Origin: an uncultured Eggerthellaceae bacterium | GTDB taxonomy: Bacteria > Actinomycetota > Coriobacteriia > Coriobacteriales > Eggerthellaceae | NCBI GenBank assembly: GCA_910589135.1 | Contig: CAJUSL010000001.1 | Location: 68,058-132,057, forward strand | DNA length: 64,000 nt | Reading direction: 5' to 3' | Shown: piece by piece, positions 1-7,666 of the stretch | How the letters are laid out: each line of letters begins with the position of its first letter | How positions within the stretch are numbered: position 1 is the stretch's first letter | Notes under the pieces: generated by a model | Seen by the model: the letters and a program-made list of their open reading frames with translations, nothing else | Told to the model about the DNA's origin: nothing | The model's database searches: none | Made by a program: the position numbers and the translations under genes

Positions 1-887
1 AGCTTCTGGTTGAGCAGGGGGAGCAGCTGGAGAGCGCCCAGGAGGCGCTTGCCGCTGTGGAGGCCCGTGCTGCCCACCAGGAGCGCATCGCTCGCCTGGC
101 TGAGGACGCTGCCGCACGCCTGTCGGGAATTCTGGAAGCGGCACAGCTCGCCCAGGCGCAATACATGCAGAACCTGCGCGAGCTGAAGGCGCAGATGGGC
201 ATCGCCACCGAGACGGTCTCTGCCGAGGACGCGATCGCCTTCGACGGCGGCCAGGCTCAACCGGACGCAGGCATCGCTGCCGTCGACCTGGCCACATCGG
301 TCGGGACCTCCGAGGCCGCTGAGGTTGTCGAGGCTGGCGAAGCCACCGAGACAGCCCCGCTTTCCGATGCTGCGACAGATGCCGCCCCGCTGGCGCCTGC
401 GGGCAATGCGGAAGCGGCTCCTTCCGTTCCGCTGGCGGGGTACGCGGCGGTTGCTGCGGACGGCGTCGGGTATGCCACAGCCGCAACCGGCGGCTACGCC
501 AAGGCCAACGCGACGGCTGCCAACACCGGCTACTATGCGGGCGCATCGGGCGCGTCGGGCTACGGCGCGACCGCCGACGGCTCGTACGCGCAGTCGGCCG
601 ATGCCCCCTATGTGCAATCAACCGACGGCTCGTACGTATCCGCCGCCGGCTCGTCCTATCCGTCGGCGCCGGCCAGCAGCTACGCGGGCGACGCGATGGC
701 ATATCCTTCCGGCTATTCGACTGCGTCTGGCTACGGGTACGCGAACTCGTATGCATATCCCGCCCCGACTTCCGGCGACGCTGCCGGGGCCGGTTCGTTC
801 GGCGACGGATATCCATACCAGTCCGACGGTTCCCTGAACGCCAAGTACGCTGCCGCCTACTACGATGTAGGAGGCGAGCCCGAATGA
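1..887 (+). CDS. Hypothetical protein, 5'-truncated at window edge. Coiled-coil-like N-part and a Tyr/Ala/Gly/Ser-rich low-complexity tail.
   Basis: The frame is open from nt 3 with no stop, so the ORF-track start at 57 is only the first in-window start codon. The tail carries repeated GY/SY/AY dipeptides. The stop overlaps the lepB start (ATGA at 884-887). Confidence 0.55.
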   Translation, partial: LLVEQGEQLESAQEALAAVEARAAHQERIARLAEDAAARLSGILEAAQLAQAQYMQNLRELKAQMGIATETVSAEDAIAFDGGQAQPDAGIAAVDLATSVGTSEAAEVVEAGEATETAPLSDAATDAAPLAPAGNAEAAPSVPLAGYAAVAADGVGYATAATGGYAKANATAANTGYYAGASGASGYGATADGSYAQSADAPYVQSTDGSYVSAAGSSYPSAPASSYAGDAMAYPSGYSTASGYGYANSYAYPAPTSGDAAGAGSFGDGYPYQSDGSLNAKYAAAYYDVGGEPE

Positions 888-1489
888 CGAACGAGCCTCA
901 AAGCGTGCAGGAGGCCCCGCGCGTGAGCATTCCCAGTACCAGCGCGCTGCGCGAGGAACTGAAGCGCTCCTCGCAAAGGTCGCGCTTCCGCAACGCCCTG
1001 CGCAACGCCTTCTTCGCTATTCTGGCCGTGGCCGCCATCGCGGTGCTGGTGTCCATGCTGTTCATGCCGGTGTTGCGCATCTTCGGCAACTCCATGACGC
1101 CCACCCTCAAGGAGGGCAGCATCGTCGTCTCGGTGAAGAACGCCTCCCTCGAGCAGGGCGACATCGCAGCGTTCTACTACAACAACAAGGTCCTGGTGAA
1201 ACGCGTCATCGCGGGGCCCGGGTCGTGGGTGGACATCTCGGACGACGGCGTCGTGACCGTCGACGGCAAGAAGCTGGACGAGCCCTACGTCAACGAGCTT
1301 GCGCTGGGCGAGTGCGACATCGAGCTTCCTTACCAGGTTCCCGACAACCGGTACTTCGTGATGGGCGACCATCGCTCCACGTCGGTGGATTCCCGAAGCT
1401 CCACGGTGGGATGCATTTCCAACGATCAATTGGTGGGCAAGGTTCTGGCGAACATTTGGCCATTGAGCAACTTTGGATTCGTAAGCTAG
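884..1489 (+). CDS. lepB: Signal peptidase I (S26 family)
   Basis: 201 aa with an N-terminal TM segment. S26 boxes are present: GNSMTPTL (catalytic Ser), VKRVIAGPG (Lys box) and YFVMGDHRSTSVDSR. Confidence 0.9.
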   Translation: MTNEPQSVQEAPRVSIPSTSALREELKRSSQRSRFRNALRNAFFAILAVAAIAVLVSMLFMPVLRIFGNSMTPTLKEGSIVVSVKNASLEQGDIAAFYYNNKVLVKRVIAGPGSWVDISDDGVVTVDGKKLDEPYVNELALGECDIELPYQVPDNRYFVMGDHRSTSVDSRSSTVGCISNDQLVGKVLANIWPLSNFGFVS

Positions 1490-1504
1490 GTTTTGGAGAA
1501 GATC

Positions 1505-4500
1505 ATGGCGAATCAACAGCTGAAAGACCAGGTAGAGGACTACAAAAGCAGGCAGCACAAGAAGCGTAGGCTGAAGAAGGTCTCGTTCGGCGTCGCCATT
1601 TGCCTGGTCGCGGTCGCCATCGTGGGGCTGGTGCTTCCCGCCGTCACGCTGGAATACGGCAAGGTTTCATGCGGCAAGGAAGAGCACGCCCACACCGAGC
1701 AGTGCATCACCCGCACGCTTGCCTGCAGTCTGCCTGCCACGGGGCATGTCCACACGGCATCGTGCTTCGACGAGCAGGGTGCGCTTGCCTGCGGTCAACA
1801 GGCTGCCGGGCATATGCACCTTGCTTCCTGCCTTGACGCCAACGGCGCACTTGCCTGCGGCCAGCAGGAAACGGTGCACGTCCACACCGCCGGCTGCATC
1901 GACGCAACCAACACGCTGGCGTGCGACACGGCCGACCTTCAGCATGTGCACGGCGACACCTGCTATGCGGTGCAGGACGGTGCCTACGTGCTGGCGTGCC
2001 AGCTGCCGTCCGCGGGCCACGTGCACACGGCCGTGTGCCTCGACGAGCTCGGCCAGGTTGTCTGCGGACAGAAGGAGGTCGTGGAAGCGACGCACGAGCA
2101 CAACGAGGCATGCTACGAGGAAGCTATCACGTGCGGCAAGGAAGAGCATGCCCACACCGACCTGTGCTACGACGAGATCACGCAGTCCATCATCAAGAAC
2201 GACGAGAAGGAGCAGCAGGAGGCCAATGGCGAAGCGCCTGCGGACGACGCCGATGCGACCGACGGCGCGGTCGGCAACGGCGAGGCCGACCTGACCGACG
2301 GCGAGATCGCCGAGGCGAAAAACCAGGGGCTGCTGTACGAGAACGATGCCATGGTGGTTGCCTTCGACGTGCCCGACGAGGTCGAGGGCCAGGTCGTTCT
2401 CAAGGTGACGGAGGGCGACGCCGAGGACGCGGCTGACGCGGCCGACCAGGCGCAGGGCGAGGGTGCGCCGGCCGTTGCCAGCGCCGACGACGCCGACGCC
2501 AACGCCGCCCAGGCCGACAGCGCCGCCGCCCACATCACCATTGCCGACCAGGTGACCATCGACGAGGATTCCGCGGCCACGGCCGAAAAGCCCGTCTGGG
2601 CCTGTGACCTGCACATCCAGGCGACGCTCGACGGCGAGCCGGTCGAGGACATCGCCGATCTGGGCCTTACCGCCAGGCTTCAGATGAAGCCGAGCGTCAT
2701 CGCGCCCATTCTGAGCGAGATCGACTACAGCGAGGTCGCCCCTGAAATCAAGGACGAGGTAGGCGCCGAGGTCACCATCGTGCAGACCCCGGCCAATGCC
2801 GAGAATGCCACGCTTTCCGAACGTCCTCAGAAACAGGCCGACGCGTTCGTGGTGACCGACGTGCAGAACGCCGCGTGCACCATGAGCATCACCAGCGCCG
2901 ACATGAAGGCTTCCGTCTCGACCGCGCCTAACCCGGTGTTCAAGGTTTCCTACTACGCCGACCTCGAAGTGGTCGAGTCCAGCTCCACGTCGTTCGGCAC
3001 GACCGACCAGCTGACCGTCGTGGACACCGCAGGTGCCAACCTTCCCACCAATGCGACCAAGAGCACCATGCCCTTGAAGTACGTGAAGCTCGAAAGCGGC
3101 CCGAACGGCCACACCGTTGCGACCCAGGTTCAGGAGACCGAGATCTATTCCGCCGACGAGGGGCTTGAGTACCGCAAGGCACCCAACCTCAGCTACTTCA
3201 ACAAGCTGTACGAGAACGGCCATTACATGCTGGTGGGCATCTACACCCGGCAGTCGGCCGACGACGAGTGGGTGGAGGCGTTCGCCGACCCCGCCGGCAT
3301 CAGCGCGGGCGACGTTCACTTCACGAACCGCCCCGAGACCTGCGAAGCCGACCCGCGCTACACCCTGATCACCGACGGCATGGAAATCAAGCTCAAGTTC
3401 GACACCACCGAGGCGGAGTTCGACATGCCGGCCACGTTCTACGACTACGACATCACCAACGGCGGCGCGTATGCGTCGGGCGCCGATGCGCAGAACGGAA
3501 CGAACAAGGTGTCCAACGAGCTGGTCGCCAACACGGGCAACGAGTACTTCATCAACACGAACCGCCAGGGCATTAACAACGTCGACAACTATTCCGGCAG
3601 CGGCACTGCCTATGGCTTCGGCAACGTGGCGTTCGGCACCGGCCTGAACGAGGCCAAGGACGCGGCCGGCTTCTACGTGAACAAGGCGAACGCCATGAGC
3701 GTCAAGGGCGACCATGGCGTCATCGAGAAGAGCTACTTCGGGCTGGTCGAGGGAATCGACTACGCAGGGGGCGCGAGCCCGCTTGCGGACTACGATGCCG
3801 ATACCGTGAGGTTCGCATCCGGCATCGACGCGCCGGCCCTGTTCGGCAGCGCACCGATTGCCGGCAAGACGAAGGTGGGCGACGGGTATTCCGTCGGGTT
3901 CAACCGCGTGGGCGACTCCTACGAGATCGTCGACGTGTCCAAGGGTGCGTCGCAGGTGCTCGGCAACCTGAGCAGATTCAGGGTGGGAGGCACGGCCTGG
4001 GGCACCAACTCCACCTTGGCCACGAACGACTTCTGGCCGCTGGACGACACGGCCGACGTCACCACCTACGGCGCGGACGTGAAGTTCGGGCGCGCCCGCA
4101 ACGGCGCCGACACCAACGTCAAGTACCAGCTCATCGAACCCGAGTCGGCAAGCGATGGCAGCCGTTGGCAGTGGCGCAGCGTGAACGTTTCCGACAACGG
4201 CAAGGACCACAACAACTACTTCGGCATGGTCAGCCAGGTGGACTTCGACCTGGACGCCGACTACATCGGCCCGCTCGAGTACTTCTTCTTCGGCGACGAC
4301 GACATGTGGGTGTTCCTCATGCAGGTGGACGAGAACGGCAACGTCATGCGCGACACCACGCAGCTCGTCTGCGACATCGGCGGCGTGCACCAGACCACCG
4401 GCTCCACGGTGAACCTGCGCGACTACCTGCCCAACGGCTCCGACGGCCACTACGCCCTGCGCTTCTACTACACCGAGCGCGGCGCGTCCGGCTCCACGTG

Positions 4501-5245
4501 CTACATGCGCTTCACGCTTCCGTCCGTGTCGAACTCCACGCCCGAGCAGGACACGGGCACCATCCAGGTCGAGAAGGTCGTGGACGCCGAGGAAGGCTCC
4601 AGCGCCTTCGACGAGGAATTCGAGTTCACAGTCGACCTGTACGGACCCGACGGCCAGCGCCTGCCCGACGATTACGCGTACAACCGCTACGACGCCAGCG
4701 GCAGCCTGGTCGGCAACGACCTCATCATCCACACCGGTGGCACGTTCGCCCTGAAGAACGGCGAGAAGGTGGTCATCAAGTACCTGCCCGTGGGCACCAA
4801 GTACGTCATCCGCGAGGTCAGCGGCGACGATGCGATGTCTGTGACGAACGGCGGCTACAAGCCTTCGTACAAGTATTACGTCAATGCCACCGTGGAAGAG
4901 TTCGACGACCTTGGCGAGTTCACGGGGGTCATCGTGCAGAACGACAACGCCATTCTGCGCAAGGTGGTCTTCAAGAACACCAAGCCCTACGAGCTCCCCG
5001 CCACCGGCGGCATAGGCGCGCACTGGTACTGGATCGGCGGCGGCCTGCTGATCGCGGCCGCGCTCGTCGTCTGGCGCCGCAAGGCCGGCGTGGCCGCTGC
5101 GGGCGCATCTGCAGGTGCGGTTGCCAACGGCTTCGCGCGCACGACCAACGTTTCTTCCTCGGGCAAGCCCGAGTCTTCGCAGAACAACGGCTCGCCCCGC
5201 TTCTGGAGAGGGGACGATCGCGCCCAGAAGGGAGGAAAGCGCTGA
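1505..5245 (+). CDS. Giant LPXTG-anchored surface adhesin, probable pilus tip. Contains a His/Cys repeat array, acidic linkers, a fibro-slime/PA14-like lectin domain and a Cna-B/SpaA-type domain.
   Basis: ATG at 1505 is preceded by GGAGAA (the ORF track begins at TTG 1493). N-terminal signal anchor. The stretch FYDYDITNGG...FWPLDD...YFFFGDDDMWVFL...RFYYTERGASGSTCYMRF matches my memory of the fibro-slime/PA14-like domain. The C-terminus has LPATG, a hydrophobic stretch and RRK. Confidence 0.85.
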   Translation: MANQQLKDQVEDYKSRQHKKRRLKKVSFGVAICLVAVAIVGLVLPAVTLEYGKVSCGKEEHAHTEQCITRTLACSLPATGHVHTASCFDEQGALACGQQAAGHMHLASCLDANGALACGQQETVHVHTAGCIDATNTLACDTADLQHVHGDTCYAVQDGAYVLACQLPSAGHVHTAVCLDELGQVVCGQKEVVEATHEHNEACYEEAITCGKEEHAHTDLCYDEITQSIIKNDEKEQQEANGEAPADDADATDGAVGNGEADLTDGEIAEAKNQGLLYENDAMVVAFDVPDEVEGQVVLKVTEGDAEDAADAADQAQGEGAPAVASADDADANAAQADSAAAHITIADQVTIDEDSAATAEKPVWACDLHIQATLDGEPVEDIADLGLTARLQMKPSVIAPILSEIDYSEVAPEIKDEVGAEVTIVQTPANAENATLSERPQKQADAFVVTDVQNAACTMSITSADMKASVSTAPNPVFKVSYYADLEVVESSSTSFGTTDQLTVVDTAGANLPTNATKSTMPLKYVKLESGPNGHTVATQVQETEIYSADEGLEYRKAPNLSYFNKLYENGHYMLVGIYTRQSADDEWVEAFADPAGISAGDVHFTNRPETCEADPRYTLITDGMEIKLKFDTTEAEFDMPATFYDYDITNGGAYASGADAQNGTNKVSNELVANTGNEYFINTNRQGINNVDNYSGSGTAYGFGNVAFGTGLNEAKDAAGFYVNKANAMSVKGDHGVIEKSYFGLVEGIDYAGGASPLADYDADTVRFASGIDAPALFGSAPIAGKTKVGDGYSVGFNRVGDSYEIVDVSKGASQVLGNLSRFRVGGTAWGTNSTLATNDFWPLDDTADVTTYGADVKFGRARNGADTNVKYQLIEPESASDGSRWQWRSVNVSDNGKDHNNYFGMVSQVDFDLDADYIGPLEYFFFGDDDMWVFLMQVDENGNVMRDTTQLVCDIGGVHQTTGSTVNLRDYLPNGSDGHYALRFYYTERGASGSTCYMRFTLPSVSNSTPEQDTGTIQVEKVVDAEEGSSAFDEEFEFTVDLYGPDGQRLPDDYAYNRYDASGSLVGNDLIIHTGGTFALKNGEKVVIKYLPVGTKYVIREVSGDDAMSVTNGGYKPSYKYYVNATVEEFDDLGEFTGVIVQNDNAILRKVVFKNTKPYELPATGGIGAHWYWIGGGLLIAAALVVWRRKAGVAAAGASAGAVANGFARTTNVSSSGKPESSQNNGSPRFWRGDDRAQKGGKR

Positions 5246-5250
5246 GGGGA

Positions 5251-6720
5251 ATGAATCAAGACCTGTTGTCCGAACAGAAAGGAACAAGAACAGTGGCAGC
5301 GACCAAACTGAGGAAATTCGTAGGGATGGCGATGGCGGCACTGCTGTGCTTTGCGCTCACCCCTGCGGCCGCTTTCGCGGCAAGCGGAACCAACGACAAC
5401 AGCGGTTCCATCAAGATCGAGAACGCCAAGGACGGCTACGTCTACAAGGCGTACCAGATTCTGCAGCTCGAGGAGTACAACACCGAGGCGAACGCCTACC
5501 TGTACAAGGCGTCGGCCGGGTGGTCCGAGTGGCTTGCTGGCCAGACCGCGTTCGTGAGCGTGGACGAGAACGGCTACGTCAGCTGGGTCGGTTCCGCCGA
5601 GTCGCAGCAGGCCGATGCCGCCGCGTTTGCGCAGCAGGCGGTCGAGTACGCGGTGGCGAACAACATCCCCGCGACCGCCGAGGCCACGGCCCAGGGAGCC
5701 GGGGTCACCTTCACGGGCCTGAACCTTGGCTACTACGTGGTTGACTCGTCCATGGGCGCGCTGTGCTCGCTGAACACCACCAGCCCCGAGGCGCAGATCA
5801 CCGAGAAGAACGACGTTCCCGAGATCAACAAGCAGGTCGAGGAAGACGGCACGTGGGGCGGCAGCAACGATGCCGCCGTCGGCGACACCGTCAACTTCCA
5901 GATCATGGTCACCGGCCAGGCCGGCGCCCAGAACTACACCATTCACGACACCATGAGCAAGGGCCTGGACTTCAAGGGCATCACCGAGGTCATGCTGAAC
6001 GGGACGCAGGTTCCCACCGACGCGTACACGCTGGCCACGGCATGCGCCGACGGCTGCACCTTCGAGATGGCGTTCACCGCCGCGTTCTGCCAGAACATCC
6101 AGCCCAACGACCAGATCGTGGTCTCTTATAGCGCCGTGCTGAACGAGAACGCCGTGGTGCAGGTCGCCGAGACCAACAAGGCTCAGCTCACCTACGGCGA
6201 TTCCCACAAGACGCTGCCCTCCACGACCGAGACCACGTGGGGCATGAAGGTCATCAAGGTGAACGGCAACGACGTCGAGCAGAAGCTCGAGGGCGCGAAG
6301 TTCACGCTGCAGAAGAAGGGCAGCGACGAGCTGATCAACGTGATCGTCGGCGCTCCCGTCGACGGCACGCCCGTCTATACCGTGGTGCCTGCGGGCACCG
6401 CCGGGGCCGTCACCGAGATGGAGACCACCGAGGCCGGCGAGTTCTTCGTCTATGGTCTTGATGCCGGTACGTACGAGCTGGTGGAGACCCAGGCTCCCAC
6501 CGGGTTCAACAAGATGACCGAGCCGACCGAGGTGACCATTTCCAAGGATGCCGAGACCGGCATCGCCAACATCGAAGAGGTGACGGTCGAGAACCTCACC
6601 GGCCTGCAGCTTCCCTCCACCGGCGGCATGGGCACCACCGTGCTCTACATCGTCGGCGGCGTGCTGGTGCTGGGCGCCATCATCTTCCTGGTGCGTCGTC
6701 GCTCCAGCACCACGAAGTAG
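5251..6720 (+). CDS. LPXTG major pilin-like protein with Cna-B/isopeptide-type domains
   Basis: ATG at 5251 follows GAGGGGA. Signal peptide MAMAALLCFALTPAAAFA. E-box-like YELVETQAPTGFNK. The C-terminus has LPSTGG, a TM segment and RRR. The upstream part of ORF 4165..6720 is shadow frame inside the adhesin gene. Confidence 0.85.
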   Translation: MNQDLLSEQKGTRTVAATKLRKFVGMAMAALLCFALTPAAAFAASGTNDNSGSIKIENAKDGYVYKAYQILQLEEYNTEANAYLYKASAGWSEWLAGQTAFVSVDENGYVSWVGSAESQQADAAAFAQQAVEYAVANNIPATAEATAQGAGVTFTGLNLGYYVVDSSMGALCSLNTTSPEAQITEKNDVPEINKQVEEDGTWGGSNDAAVGDTVNFQIMVTGQAGAQNYTIHDTMSKGLDFKGITEVMLNGTQVPTDAYTLATACADGCTFEMAFTAAFCQNIQPNDQIVVSYSAVLNENAVVQVAETNKAQLTYGDSHKTLPSTTETTWGMKVIKVNGNDVEQKLEGAKFTLQKKGSDELINVIVGAPVDGTPVYTVVPAGTAGAVTEMETTEAGEFFVYGLDAGTYELVETQAPTGFNKMTEPTEVTISKDAETGIANIEEVTVENLTGLQLPSTGGMGTTVLYIVGGVLVLGAIIFLVRRRSSTTK

Positions 6721-6751
6721 CGAAGCGCAAGCGTAAGACGAGCACGGCAAC

Positions 6752-7663
6752 GTGGAGACGCCGGAGAATCAGAAGCCTCAGGCCGACAAGCCGGAAGGCA
6801 AGACGCCGAAGGAACCGAAGGGCTCCAAGAGCCCGGCGAGGCAGCGCATTTCGACCATCATTGTCGCAATCGTGCTGCTCGTTGGGGTCGGGTTGCTGGC
6901 GTATCCTACCGTAAGCGACTGGTGGAATTCGTTCCACCAGTCGCGTGCTATTTCCAGCTACATCGAAGCCGTCAACGACCTGTCCCCCGAGGACTACGAG
7001 CGCATCTGGACCGATGCGGAGGAGTACAACCGGTCGCTGTTGGCGCGGGCCCAAACCTTCAGCCTGAACGAGCAGGAGTGGGCCGAGTACGACTCCCAGC
7101 TTAACGTTGAAGGCAATGGCATCATGGCGTATCTCGAGGTGCCGGCCATCAACGTCAAGCTGCCCATCTACCACGGTCTTGACGAGGGCGCTCTGCAGGT
7201 GGCCATCGGCCACATGGAGGATACGTCCCTGCCGGTAGGCGGCGAAAGCACCCATTGCGTGGTCAGCGGCCACCGGGGCCTGCCGTCTGCGAAGCTGCTG
7301 ACCGACCTCGACCGCATGTCCGAAGGCGACGTGTTCATGTTCCACACGCTGAACGAAACGCTTACCTACGAGGTGGACCAGATTCGCATCGTGGAGCCGA
7401 CGGACACCAAAGACATCGCCATCGTTCCCGGCGAAGACCTTGCCACCATGATTACCTGCACTCCCTACGGCATCAACTCGCATCGCATGCTCGTGCGCGG
7501 GCATCGCGTGCCCACCATTGCGGCCGACCGCGTGGTTGCCGAGGCCGAGCAGATAAGCCCCTTCGTGGTCGCCGGGGCCGTGGGCATTCCGGTGATGTTC
7601 GTGATTCTGCTGGTGGCGCTGATTGTCACGCGTAAGCGCCCGACCGCAGCCAAGAAAGAGTAG
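6752..7663 (+). CDS. srtC: Class C (pilus-assembly) sortase
   Basis: 303 aa with N-terminal and C-terminal TM segments. Catalytic motif ATMITCTPYG (TLxTC type), followed by a conserved Arg in LVRGHRV. Confidence 0.9.
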   Translation: METPENQKPQADKPEGKTPKEPKGSKSPARQRISTIIVAIVLLVGVGLLAYPTVSDWWNSFHQSRAISSYIEAVNDLSPEDYERIWTDAEEYNRSLLARAQTFSLNEQEWAEYDSQLNVEGNGIMAYLEVPAINVKLPIYHGLDEGALQVAIGHMEDTSLPVGGESTHCVVSGHRGLPSAKLLTDLDRMSEGDVFMFHTLNETLTYEVDQIRIVEPTDTKDIAIVPGEDLATMITCTPYGINSHRMLVRGHRVPTIAADRVVAEAEQISPFVVAGAVGIPVMFVILLVALIVTRKRPTAAKKE

Positions 7664-7666
7664 CGC

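Noticed and set aside
1730-1744. Internal LPATG pentapeptide near the N-terminus of the adhesin as a second sortase site.
   Set aside because: It is not followed by a hydrophobic segment and basic tail. It is part of the HxH/Cys repeat consensus (LPATGH / LPSAGH), so it is unlikely to work as a sorting signal.
1667-5341. Very long antisense or alternative-frame ORFs in the track. Examples: 1667..5341(-), 4165..5250 part of 4165..6720(+), 7626..9095(-), 13510..15093(-), 29412..33179(-), 34905..37433(-), 39828..42086(-), 45607..47910(-).
   Set aside because: These are typical shadow frames of a high-GC genome. Their translations are Arg/Ala/Gly/Pro/His-rich and low in complexity, with no recognisable motifs. 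Each overlaps a gene with clear family signatures on the other strand or frame.
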